Origin: Raillietiella orientalis | Taxonomy: Eukaryota | Assembly (NCBI GenBank): GCA_036172245.1 | Contig: JAYWIR010000012.1 | Span: forward strand, 2,170,001-2,234,000 | Direction: 5' to 3' | DNA length: 64,000 bases | In this document: piece by piece, positions 12,300-24,375 of the stretch | How the letters are laid out: every line of letters begins with the position of its first letter | Numbering within the stretch: the stretch's first letter is position 1 | Position numbers and translations under genes: made by a program | Notes under the pieces: generated by a model | The model's database searches: none | Seen by the model: only the letters and a program-made list of their open reading frames with translations | Told to the model about the DNA's origin: nothing

Positions 12300-15100
12300 A
12301 AGAGGCGCCTCACGACGCCTCAGGCGGTTGTCCGCCGGAATGCGTAGGGCCATTCCAAGAACGTTGCGAAAGGAACCGGAGAGCAACACGCTCCACGAGA
12401 AGGTGCGGGAAGGTTTGTCTTCCCCACTCCTGTTCGAAGCCGCACTCCCCCTGGTCCAGTATTGACGGGAGCCGTTTGCATGGGTGAACCAAATGAAACG
12501 TTCGCTACTGCCACCATGAAAAAAGGATGGAGCTGTCCGTCAATACCGCGGGCAATCGAGGCCCATCATGGAGGATGTTCAGATGCTGTGCTCGGCGGGG
12601 CAGTCCTTTCGGCGAACCGGTCAGGAAGACAGAGTCTTCCTGACCGGTTCCCACGTCGCAACGGGTACCAGTTGGGATGAGGCGGCTCGCTCGCTCCGCT
12701 AGCCTGTCCTTCGAGTGACTATGGAAGCGCTTGTGGCTCGGCGGTTTCTGCGGAAGTAGAAAGGCGCGTTCCATCCGAAGCCAAGCGGTCAGCATGAAGT
12801 GAGGGCATCCATGGGGACGCCTCGGGAAGCACAGTAGCAGCGCGCCGCCCCACCCGAAGGCGTGAACCAGGGAGAACCGGAAGCAGTTTTCGCTTCTCAG
12901 CGCCCTCGGGGTACGCTCAAGAGGATGGCACTTCGGAGATCTCTCTTGCCCAACTGGTGTGCTCGGATGAGCAGAGGCATCCCCTATCTTCAAGAGAGGC
13001 ATGCGAATGGCAGAGGAAACGCGGGAAAGGAAGAAATCGGAAGGGAGGAGGGAGAGAAAAGACATTCATCCCGAGGGTCCACAGTTGTTACGAGCTCCGG
13101 ACGAGAGGAAATCGGTTCTGGGGGGTCTACGGCTTGCACCTGGTCCTCTGAGGCAGCCGTGGCTCCCCTGCAACCTACCGCAAGACCAGAAGGCCGCCAC
13201 TGCGAGTCTCCGAAAGGCTCCGCGACTACGCGGAAAGAACGAGGAATTCTTAAGGGAGTCCTTCCACTTCGCTCTTTTCTTTCGCAACGCCGGACGAGGA
13301 AGAAGCGCATCCTCGAACTATGCCCTGGGACTGTAGGAGAGGAACACCGTTCCCTCACCTGCTGGAGGACTGTTACCTACTTCGCTGCAACGAGAGACTT
13401 GCAGAGGAGTCCCTGATCCAATTGAAGAACCTGCTGATGCCTCCGATGCCCACATCTCCTGTTGCATCGGTAGGATTACGGGGACCCTCTGCACTTCTGG
13501 AAAGACAAGGAGCTCCTGGACTCCGTGCTTCTCACACAATATGGTGACGCGCTGCGATGCCGTGGGCTCCATTCTGTCGCGCAGCTATGTCTGCGTAAGA
13601 GTCCTCTTATAATTGAGCGTCTTCTCTTGGTCTTCTTCTCTATGATGAGCAAGTGTTCCTCCCATCTGCAGCAAGGCTCGCAGGAAGAGCTTCTGGAACT
13701 TGCCCTGAATGCACGTGGGAAGACAGCACAATATCGAAATTATCTTCTCGAACACATCCAGTATAGTGGAGCGGGAAGGTTCCTCAGAGAATGTCAGCTC
13801 GGAGCTCCGACTATAGCGAAGACATCATCGGAGTCGACGTCTCGCAGGTTCAGCGCCTGGCACCTCTTGGTGCATTCCCCGCGCAAGTGCTGATTTGCGT
13901 ATCGCCCCGTCGGACGCAGTCCCCCTCCCCGAGCACCTGCAGAAAGTAGGCTGCATCTCCGACTACCGGCCGAGGCTTCCTTTCGTGGAAGAGCAGGGAA
14001 CCGTATTCGCTCGACTGGACGGAGGTCCTTCCCGAATGTCCCCGTTCTCTTCGCGTTTGTCCACCTCCGCACACGAGCCCAGTTTGTCCCGGCGTTTTCC
14101 CAGACTCAAGGTTGCCCGTGGGCGGCGTTGAGCTTCCCTACGCAATCTATCCTCCACAAGGTAGAAGAGGAAGACTCATCGACAAACGGGTTGCAGGACG
14201 TCAGGGGTTCAATGCAGCTGTCCAGTCCACGGAGAGAATGCCTGCGTCATCCTGTTGCTCGTTCAGCGCCAAGTCGGCACGTTCTCCGCACCGGAGGGCA
14301 GCTCTTTGGAGATCCAGACATTGTTTGATCACCATCCTAATTTTTCTGCCGACGAATGTTCAGCCGGCTTCAAGGAGAACGCCAAGCTTTGCGGGATGCA
14401 CTGGTCTGAATAAAAAGAAAGGTTTTTTATGCATCCAACTGTTGCTAGGTGGGAAGCCAACAGCTTTCCAGGGTCTGCACCGTCTGCACCTTGCAGACGA
14501 TCTCTCCTTGGCGGGATTACCGTCTAGCCAGTTCAATCCCGAGACGCTTGAGAAGGTTTTTGTATGGTCAGGATTCCCAGAGTACGGGGATTTCTGTAGG
14601 GCTTATTTCGACCTCCATTGTCTGTGCCCTACAAGGTGAGACACTGCATATTGGACGGGGGCCGTCCGTGGGTTTGCAGATAAGCAGCCCGCTTAACTGC
14701 ATCCCTTCGGATAATCGCCCTCGCATTTCCTCTCATAGTATCGGCGACAGAAGGGAGGTCAGCTGCTCATGCAAGAAGGGAGTCCTGTTGGGAGGGTACT
14801 TTCATATTCCGGAGGGCAGCTCCAGCGCTGTGTGAAACATCGTAGGGTGCCCTTGTTCCACCCCACAGCGAATCCTCACGGCTCGCGAGGAGCGAGTGCC
14901 CGATTCGTGCGGAAACTGCCGCTGTTTTGGACATCGTCCCTATTATCCTGAGGAAGTTTCCGATTTTCGACTCTCGAGAGTTTTGGCATGTGGAAGACGA
15001 TTAATGGGAGACAGTGCCGAAGGCGTTGCTAGATACCTTGAGGCGATCTTTGATCTTCGCTCAGCTCTGTACAGGGAGAAACATAAATGAAAAAATGAAA
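12300..15100 (-). mobile_element. Decayed Utopia/NeSL (R2-like) non-LTR retrotransposon, RT region
   Basis: Minus-strand remnants SNAFGTVSH (~15030-15005; cf. D.xNAFGSVxH) and IRCGVEQGHP (~14870-14845; cf. GVxQGxP). The downstream part is very degraded and its limits are uncertain. Confidence 0.5.
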
Positions 15101-15199
15101 TTTTTCAAAAAGTAATCGAAGGACATGCGCTGTCCCCGAACGAAAGTGTCTAAGCTCCACTCGGTATCCCAGTAGAGAGGGAGTGGAAGAAAAGGAGGC

Positions 15200-16300
15200 A
15201 GGGAGAATAAATAAGTTGGGCATGGGAAGACGAGCCTGTTTATGAGCTGTCCCGAACACAGTCATCCTGGGGATCCCTTGTATTTCAGTTTCTGCCGTCT
15301 TATCGAATCTCACTTGAGGCAGCTGGCCACCGAGATTACTCTTTGGAGTGACCGATGCACCATTTCCATGGCTACCTTTGCTCGACGCAGCGGAATCATC
15401 TATATCAAAGAGGCAACTGAAGTGAACCTCTTCTGTGGCAGGTCCAGGGGGCAGCTGAGGGCAGGGGGCAGGACGGGCCCCACTATGGGGACATTGCTTG
15501 AGAATCCGCCCCTCCGAGTCATGATAACGTCTCTGGCTTCGAGGAGGACTCTGCTGCACCCTTAGCGAGATGCGGACTTGCTGATGGCGGAGAGAAAGGG
15601 AGGAGGCATTAATCAAGAATCTGAGGGTCTCCAAGTATCCTCGGAAATTCTGAGAAAGTTCATTCACCTTTGCGATTCCTAAGCGACGTTTTGGGCAGTC
15701 AATTTGTGGTCCATCTGTATCCTTGTCAGGGGTGCTATAGGCCTAGTAACATTGATGAGCCAGCAGGTTACCTACCATGCTGCAAGAGTGTCCTCCTCAT
15801 GTACTTCCCATCGATGTAGAAGGGTCTCTGTGGTGTCTTCAACGATCTCTCTATCATCTCCAGAAAGCAGACTTGTCCAGCACATCCCCGAAGTCTTCAT
15901 AAACTCTCAATGGCATTGTTCCTGGAAAAGGTTGCTCTCTCCAAAAGGACCCACGAGACGGGTGTTTCCTGCACCCAAGAATTCCCGTTGCCTAATCAGT
16001 CAAGTTATACGTCCCACAGCAGCGCCGCAGTCGAACCAAACGAATGAAAGAGTACTCTTCCACGTGTATGGCTGCTTGACAGGACCGAGTCCAGGGAGTC
16101 GGAGCGTGTCGGCGGAATGAACACAGGAGACATCAGCGAGTGTTTCTCATTACGAGCGTGAACATGCGTGACGACTCTCTCATCTGCATTCTTACAGAGG
16201 AGTGAAAGTTCTCGCCCGCATTCTAAAGAGACTGATCCTTCTGTTATACCCAGTATCTGGCGAAGCTCCACAAGGCTGCTGTATCAATGTAGGGAATTAT
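15200..16300 (-). mobile_element. Possible decayed Ty3/Gypsy integrase fragment
   Basis: Weak motif remnants in order: SRHACSR (zinc-binding CxxC-like), ERSLKT, AYST, and Q..P..RSQRRYHD (cf. Q.xQKRYYD). Multiple frameshifts. Confidence 0.3.
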
Positions 16301-16399
16301 TTACTCACCTAGAGGTGGGCGAGGGAAAATTAAAAAGGACCAGAGTAGAGAAGAGATGAAGACGTTTCACGCCGTTGTCCTTGAGGACGGCAGGAGTTT

Positions 16400-17300
16400 C
16401 CTTTCGCGAAAGAAGGCCAGGACACGTTCCGTCCTTTTTGTGTAGGCAGACCAGATCTCCTTCGGAAAGAAGGAATCCATGGGCACCCTCAATTATATAA
16501 TGGATTAATATTATTTGTTACGGGAATCCCCAAGGAATACCAAGGAGTATTGTGCGATGTTCCCAGCTCCTCGATCCGGACTTTTACTTGTTGGCCATGA
16601 CCACCGCTTATTACTGAGCATCCAGGTCAGGGGAAACTCTTTCGTTGTGTAGGGCTGCAGTGTTCCTCGAGTCATTTCGTTACGACAAAAGGTCACCTTC
16701 GCTCTGTACACGCGGCGAGACTGAACGCCTTACCCATTAAAGGCGCATCAAGTAGAATGAAAGCTGACCGATCCTGCCGATGCTCGGCAGTTTGGGCAGA
16801 ACTTCGTTTCACATGTGGAATCACTGCCTGAGGCATTCCCACTTGTAGGCAGCAAGACTTAATGATGCGGCCGTGGTTATACTGAAGATGGCTGCAGATA
16901 ACAGTGCAGAGTAGGAGCTGATGCCAGAGAACCAATAGATCCCTGGTGATGAGTTCCAATCGACGCCCTGACCTGGTGCCGCAGAAGGGCAGAGAGGCTG
17001 CAATTTTTGATGTCGCATGCCCATTCGAAAATGGCGAAGAGGCATCCAGCACAGCTCGGAAAGCAAAGGAAAATGAACGTGCTCATGCTGCCAGCCAACT
17101 CTATAGGGTGGGTCGAAGTTCACGCGTCCCTCGCCAGATCGTTAAGAGCGTGGAATCCACGGAACTTAGGTACGAGACCGTGGCGTCCCAGGGCAACATT
17201 CGGAGAGGATGCGATCCGATGCAGTTACGTTGCTTGCCGGACACGCAAGTATGGTCACTGGTCCGACGACGTCTCTAGCAATGATGGGAAAACGAGGAAC
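16400..17300 (+). mobile_element. Utopia/NeSL-like non-LTR retrotransposon C-terminus (CCHC finger plus restriction-like endonuclease), decayed
   Basis: HPGQGKLFRCVGLQCSSSHF (~16620), ARLNALPIKG...CRC, NHCLRHS, then the PD-(D/E)xK RLE motif RRPDLV...IFDVACPFENG (ORF 16946-17278). Confidence 0.75.
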
Positions 17301-17399
17301 AGAGCACCGCCATACGAGGTGAAGACGCCAAGCGAGAGATGGAAGAGGAGGAACGAACTGCATCCGCAATAGTCATCTAAACTTCGTGTTTACATATCA

Positions 17400-18795
17400 C
17401 TATAGCTGCAGTAATAATTGAAGTGGGAAGACTGCGAGATGGTGCGAAGCCGCTCACGCAATTGGATCGTCAAGAGCATCAGCTCCGTAGATTGAGCCTC
17501 AGCTCCAACTTAGGAGACAAGCTCTCGCGGCGAGATGATGGATCACTCCCTGATGTGCATCAGCACGGCTCCTCGCGAAGAGCACAACCGGCTGCAAGGG
17601 ATTCACGTCCCTTCTCGTCGCTCGAGAGAGATTGCTAAAGCGTTGTGGGTACCAACTCTGCAAGATGGTTGCCCTGGTGGAGGAGAACACCTGGATCTCC
17701 TGCCTCTCCGCAAGCTGCACTGCCTGTCTCCAGGAGTTCCGTCTTCTCCTGGAGAAAGATCAACGGTGCGAGAGAGGAAGGGTGCGCCTGCCTGCGGCGA
17801 GGCATAAACTCTTGCGAGCCGTTGGAGGAGATCGTCCTCAACCCGCAGAAGACGCGGTGGGCGTCGTCCACCCCGCTTGTCCCAATGCTGTCCTCCCTAA
17901 GGAATGCAAGGGACAGCGTAATCCTAGCACGGTGGGGAGTGACGTGCTTCAGAGCAGCAAAGAAACTTCTGGGCAGATGGACAACTAGGGAAGTGACGGA
18001 TGCTGAGACCCCGAGTGTCCCACCCCACGAACTTGTACGCTAAGGAGAGCTGCTCCGGAGGAGGTGAAGTGGCCCCAGCGTTCTGGGACAGTGCAGCCCT
18101 CCCCCTCAAGTGGAGGGAGTTGGCGTTGCTGGTGTTGCATGTGGGAATCCCATGCAAAGAGCGATTTTACCAATGGACATGGGGGAGCGTGGATGCTAAG
18201 TGCGACAGGTGCGGGAGGAAGGAGACCCTGTTGTACCTGTTGTTGGACTGCGCTGCCCTCCGACCCCTTTGGGTTGCCTCGCAACGATCCTAGGAATCCC
18301 GGAAGGCGGTTCCAGGAACATTTCCAAGCGCCTCTTGGTGCGTGGTGTCGCAATGCTGCCATCCGCGTGCGCCCCTCGCAGTTCTCTGCGGTCCTCGTGG
18401 GATCGTAATGTCCTGGAACTCGGGAAGAAGAGGTAGGGACGCCATTCAGTGAGCGTGGATATTCCTGGAGACCGTCTCGAGATGGACCCACCTGGGTGGG
18501 AAAGGGGAGAACTTGCCAGCATCCTGAAGTGGAAGCAGAGGACTCCTGGAAGCGTACGTGATCCCTTTCTCGGTCCGTTCGCTCCCCTTCCCATGTAAGA
18601 ATTCTCCTCCCCTGTTTTGTTTGTTTATTTTTTTTTTGTTTTTGTTTCCCTTCTCCTCACGCTACTGAAGCAGAACTCACCAGTCTGCGAGACGCTATTC
18701 AGCAGGTTCGTTGTGCGTGGTAGAACTAGCGGTTCTACCACAAAAATGTATTTTTGTTGAGTGACTTAATGAATATCCCGGCATAACCGGGTGAG
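17400..18795 (+). mobile_element. 3' part of Tx1/L1-like family A (copy B)
   Basis: Clear zf-RVT: FWDSAALPLKWRELALLVLHVGIPCKER...CDRCGRKETLLYLLLDCAALRPLW (ORF 18000-18293). T-rich tract and structured tail ending aatgaatatcccggcataaccggg. Confidence 0.75.
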
Positions 18796-18999
18796 AGCCA
18801 TCAAAGCAAAGCCCTGGAGATCTTTCTACGCCTGAGCAGTAGCGCTCTGCGAGGTGCCTTGCAGCCGCCTGCTTAATGTGCGGCGAGTTTGAAGGAACCC
18901 ACGCTTCCCCGCATGGCTCCGCCCAGGGTATCTCTCCCCGGGGTCGGATCCCCTAGAAAATCCTCTGGAAGACGTGAAGATCACCGTGGTTTCCACGAG

Positions 19000-20150
19000 G
19001 AGCCCCGCGCTTCCTCCGGATTGGAAGACGGAAGCTTCTAGCGCTCGACCGAGGCCTTCCCAGAACGCGCGGCGGCACCACTGCCATCAGGTGGCGCCGG
19101 AGGGCTTGTTTTCCAAAGGAAGGAAAAGCGACAGGCGGCGTGGAGAGGCGATCCTACGAGATTGTTCGAGAACATCATGGAGGAAAAGATCCGATGCAGA
19201 GGATGGCGGAGTGGGTGTAGGAACAAGGAATAGATAAAGAAAAAGGGGAGGAATGGATGGAGGTCGGCGATCACACCCGCCGTCTCCTCTGAAGCCCTCG
19301 TGCGACGCAGGCAGCAACCTCCTTCACACAAACGTCCTTCAAGGGCCACTTTGCCACACTCCCCCGCCCCTACGCAGTAGAGGCGCGTGGTCCTTCTTCC
19401 TACCTTGCCGGCGCGCCTCCCGGAACGATCCATTTGGCGCAACATGGGATCGGGGGAGCGGGATGACAAGGCCGATCCCCTGCCGGCATCGAAGAGAAGG
19501 CGCTTTCACGGCCATCCTGCAGTCGGGAGTCGGACCGCCTACGGCCGAAGGGAACGCGGGAGCGACCAAGGTCCTGTCGAGGGGGCCGGAAGGGGTCTCC
19601 GGCATCGCGCTCGAGGAGCTACGGCTCTGCTCCACGGTGCGTTTGCAGGGGCAGCTCGTCTTTTTCGAGGAGGGACGCGAAGGGATGGGGGAGACGCTCG
19701 AACCGACCTCCGGGATCCGGAGCGAAAATCTGGGAATTGACGACGACGTGGAGGTCGCCGCGCGTCCGAAGGGGGAACAGAGAAGCGGCGCGAGAGCGAT
19801 TTCAGGGGAGGGGGGAGGGACGAGGAACTGGCAGGCATGCGAGCGAACCTCCAGGAGCCGGAATTCGTTCGGGAACGCAGCTTTCCGACACAAGAGCTCC
19901 TTCGGAGGGCTGAGCCCTCCCGGGAACGGCCGTCCGAGTCGAGGGAAAATCCGCGCATCCCTCTCGAAAGCGTAGGGAAGTCGATAAATCCTCCTTTCCG
20001 CTTCGGTATCCAATGTCCACTCCAAGGATTTTCGGCTTCCCGTTATCTTCGGATTGCGGGCGCCAACTCCAGAAGAGCCTTCGATCTGCAGTCCCGGTGG
20101 AGGGGGATGGAGATTCCTTGCTTTCTAGTAAGGAGGGAGGGCGAAAATGA
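19000..20150 (-). mobile_element. Decayed I/Jockey-like LINE reverse transcriptase fragment
   Basis: Minus-strand remnants RRSSCVGKL (cf. RPISLLSCVGKL, ~19900), FGR..TST (cf. Q.GFR...ST) and QGSALS (~19480). Confidence 0.4.
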
Positions 20151-20249
20151 CTTTCCCTGCTTTCCAGGAAGGAGAGAGGTTTGTCCTTGAATTTCCCCCT
20201 CTTCGCTTCCCCACCAGTGGTTCCCTCCGCTCTACGAGCTACCGGATCC

Positions 20250-22050
20250 ACAGGGCGCATCCACATTCCTCACATCCCAACAGATGCGAGGAAGCAAAGG
20301 AGAGAGATTCCTAAATGTAACTCTATAGGTCTGATGGAAGGTGCGCAGCCTCTTTCACTTCTGTCGATCCAACGTTCAGGCAAAGAGCCCAGTGGTCATG
20401 GCTTCGACTCCGGATGGAGGATGTTAGACCCTGAGGCGAAACTACTAACATCTGTCTTCAACATTCTCTTGAAGAGGAAGAGGAGTCCATCATATTGGAG
20501 GGGGTGCACCAGAACGATTCTGCTTTCGAAACGTTCAGCAGATTCCCCAAACATGACAGACTGGAGACCAATTTCGATTGGCAACAGTGTCTATAGGCTC
20601 TATGCTAAGTGTCTGTCAGCGCGTCTCAGGGATTGGATCCTTGAGAACAACATCATTTGCCAGAATCAGAAGGGCTTTTTACCATTCGGTGGGGTGCTCG
20701 ACCGTACTCTTGTGCTGCAGACGAAGCTGGAGCACACAAGACGAACATCGAGGGATCTTGGAATCGTCTTTTTGGACTCAAACAGCGCTTTGGACATCAT
20801 CTGCCATGAAGGGCTTCTGAGAACATTAGCAGAGCAGGAGTAGGAGATTCCTTCACGGAAACGGTAAAGGAGCCACACTCCAGCATCCCCACATATATTC
20901 AGCTGGAGTCTTCGGTCACCAGAGCGTTCTTCCTTCAGCGTGGAGTAAAAGCAAGGCTGCCGGCAGGGTTCCTTGCTTTTCATGGAAACCCTGAAGCCAC
21001 CTCTTCCGGTAACGCGGGAGAGCCATGGAGAAGACACTCTCTCGGCGTACTCCGACGATTTGGTCATCCTGGAGGAAACGGAAGATGACCTGAAGCTGAG
21101 GCTACTCCATTTCGATGATCTTGAGTCTCGGGATGGTTTAGCCATCAACCCTTGCAAGTATGCCGAACTATTCGATTCCGAGAAGACGTGGAAGGATCGT
21201 GGGACCTTCGATGGAATCATCAGTGAATTGGGTATCCCATAAAGTGAGGGCATCTAACGGTGAGGATATTTTTTGGAAGCACCGTATGGGACATTATGCA
21301 GATGATGTCTGTAATATGCAATGAGGGACGGTAACAGAGGAGGAGGAGTCTCTCTTTTAATTCATGACGTTTGATCACCGTCTTGGTCCGAGAAAGAGAG
21401 ATAGGTCTTCCAGCCTTTATTTTTTTTACATACATTTTGTGATGTCTTGCTGTGTCCTCCTGACAAATTCAAAGGACTAACCCGAGGCACTCCCGGTGAG
21501 GTGGTGTCGAAGATCATTCTGGCACCCCATGAACGTTGGGAAATTTATGTCCGGTGTCTCGACTGGGAAATTCTGAACAGCAGATGGGGTCTTCAAAAGC
21601 TTGCTCCTACGCCAGGAAGGCAGGTTCCACGACGATCTGGAGCAGAATGGGAGCTCCAAGACGGTCAGCCCGGAATGCGGATTGGGGGCCTCACGGTTGG
21701 AGCAACAACGAGGAGAAAGCTTCAGTCGATACATGGAGCTGCATTAGAGAAAAAAATGCACGACTCTCCTGGATAAACAGGAATTTGGTTCAAGGAGAAG
21801 CCAAGCGCTGCGTTGGTCTGCATCGCTCTTCGAGTCGATTTCACAGCATCAGGGGATTACATCCGCCTTGCAGATTTTAACTTTGTACAGGTGCGGCTGG
21901 GCTGGGTAATCAGAAGTCGATCATCCATGTCCATGCTGTGGATTATGGGATGAGACGTTGCCTCTGAGAGCATTCTCCATTGACGCAGCAGACGGCTCCG
22001 CAAGAGGAACGGATTCCCTCCTCGGGAAGCTTCCTGGACTCATAAAGTCA
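20250..22050 (+). mobile_element. Utopia/NeSL (R2-like) non-LTR retrotransposon, decayed RT to C-terminus
   Basis: ORF 20181-20843 reads WRMLDPEAKLLTSVFNILL...WRPISIGNSVYRLYAKCLSARLRDW...QKGFLPFGGV...FLD. GVK/QGC is split by a frameshift (~20945), AYSDDLVIL (YADD box) is at ~21050, and VQGEAKRCVGLHRSSSRF (~21790) is the same motif as at 16620. Confidence 0.85.
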
Positions 22051-22499
22051 TCCTCCCGAGGTTGCCCCCAACTTGGAGAGTTAAGACGCACCCTCGGGTG
22101 AGGTGGACAGCGTTCAGGAGTTTTGTGAGCTCACCCCGAGAAGGCGGACGGTTCTTCAGTACTTAGCAAGCCAAAAAACAAAACAAAACATGGATTGGGT
22201 AACTCCACGCGAAGGAAGCTCTGCCCTTTCATTCCTCGAGTTGTACCCCTTAATCAGATCGAAATCGTTCGAGGTCATTCAGGTCACTGAGAGAGTGTTT
22301 GCGGGAGGAATCTGAATGGGATGCGAGCTGAGTGCCATTTGTTCGAGCAACAAGCGAACCGTCACGAGGGTTTTAGAGAAAGCGACGAGGGCACGCACCC
22401 TGGCGGCAGAAAGTCTTGTCGAAGAACTGCGGAAGAATCGACAGAGACCTCTTCTCGTGCAGAGTGCTCCACTTGGAAGAGAATGGCCTCCGCCGAAAT

Positions 22500-24200
22500 G
22501 AGAATAACGCTTACATCACCCCAGCAAAGAAGAACGCAGGAGGAGCTCTTCTGACTGCAAAGCCCAGGCACTCGCAGCCAGAGGCGAACGACGATCTGTG
22601 ATTTTGGGGTGAGTGGGCGAAAGGTCGTTCTTGATACTCGGAGCACAACGGATGAGAAAAGAATCCAATTGTGACGTCCAGATGCGGATCTCGGGATTTT
22701 CGGAACGGCATCATATCTTCGGAGATCCAAGCAGCTGTATACCGAAGCGTATGTACAGTAGAAAACTGGACCCATCAAAATAAAGGGTCTCTGATAACGT
22801 CGGCGGCCCAACATGTGTGTGACCGGAGCATGGGGAGCGGATTTCCCTTTGGAGTAACAGGATACGGTTTTAGAGCAGGGAGCATGGCATCCCGGTGACA
22901 TCGAGAAGCACGTAGATCGGAAGGATGCTGCTTCCTGAGCTGGACAACTGCGACAAACCATTTCCTGGATACCGAGATCTCCTAGGATTCTCCGATCATC
23001 GCTTCGTACATTTCTGTCCGTGCAAACCTCCACCATCCACGCAAGCGGTGGCCGAAGAGAAACGGTGTGGTTCGCATGTTTGGTGTTGGTGGAGCCATCG
23101 ACGCACATCCTCAGTTACGAAGCTCTCGCAACCAGCAGGAGAGACCACCTGCTCGGCGAAATCAGGGACATTTGATTACAGAGCAAACGGGATCTGATGG
23201 CTCCGAATCTGTCGACACCGGGGCCGATCCAGGACCTCGCCCCAGACCAGGAACGACGGTGAAGCTGCCACAGTCGAGGTTTCTTGCCCTGGTGAGAACT
23301 TCCGCAGCAGTTTCGGAAGTGCATCAAAGGAAGGGGGCAGACAGTTCGAGCTGTTTGAGCTGCCTCCCCTTTTCGCCGCTGCTGGAGCGCCTGGGACATC
23401 AGTGACAAAGCCTCTAGGGCCCGAAGACGGACAAGGATGGATCGGTAACCTCGGAGTCCCGCGCACTCAAGACAGAACACATTTGAAACGGAGGATGGCT
23501 TATGACAAAACACAACCCATCCGGGACATGCACTGACTGGACTCACCTTCTGGGACCACCCCCCACGGATGCGCACTGCTTACAGTGACCACGGATGCGG
23601 TATTCTCTGACAGAGAGGAGGGGGGGAGTCTCCGATGCGGTCGGCAACCTTCCCTTGATTTTACTGCAGCGGAAACCAAAGACCCCTGTCCCTACCCTTC
23701 AATTGCCCTCCTTGCTTCTTTACCGTGGATTGCTTCGCTCCCTCGCCTCATCCAGCCGACTGCAACTCTTGGTGAAGCTCTAAAAGCTGCTTCAGATGCG
23801 AGTCTACCGCTGGAGAAAACAGTTCAGGAGATGACCAGAGTACAAGGCATTTGCACATGATCCACAAGCATTTCTCTTCGTGCATCCGCACTTCCCCCTT
23901 CCTGAAACTTCTCTCAGATTTATTCCTCCCAGAAGAAGGAGATGCACCTTGCTTTTGTGCAGAAACAGGTTCTCCTCTGGCAGTAGGCCGACAGGGTGCC
24001 GGACGGTGCCAAGAATGAATTCGGCTAAACATGCTCTCGGAGCACTGTTTCGGAGGAGTAGCAAAACAAAAAGCTCCAGCACGAGAGGAAGGGTCCCTGC
24101 TTGCCTTGACGCTGCCTCCCTGAAATCCTGAGCAACACTGAGCCAAGTACGTGCTCAACGAAAGGATCGGCTAAGCCAAACCCTCCAAGAAAGGGAAATG
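22500..24200 (+). mobile_element. Decayed APE-type LINE fragment
   Basis: NVGGPT (cf. NVYGP, ~22800) and GFSDHRFV (endonuclease SDH motif, ~22990). The remainder is unrecognisable. Confidence 0.35.
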
Positions 24201-24273
24201 CTCTCTGAAATACGGTCTTCCAAGGAAGCCAACCTTCCAAAGAAGAAGGGACCTATGATCTCATGAAAATATA

Positions 24274-24279
24274 TTTATT
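24274..24279 (-). promoter_or_regulatory. Polyadenylation signal AATAAA of FAM91A1
   Basis: tttatt on the + strand, about 100 nt downstream of the FAM91A1 stop codon. Confidence 0.55.
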
Positions 24280-24375
24280 CGGTATCAAATATATGTAAAT
24301 CGTCGATGGCAATAAATAAAAAATACATTTTTGAGTAAAAAAAAAAAAGCAGAAGTCTTGAAGATAGAAAGTACG

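Noticed and set aside
22300..24320. Plus-strand gene converging on FAM91A1 (AATAAA at 24311)
   Set aside because: No consistent exon chain. The upstream sequence shows LINE endonuclease remnants instead.
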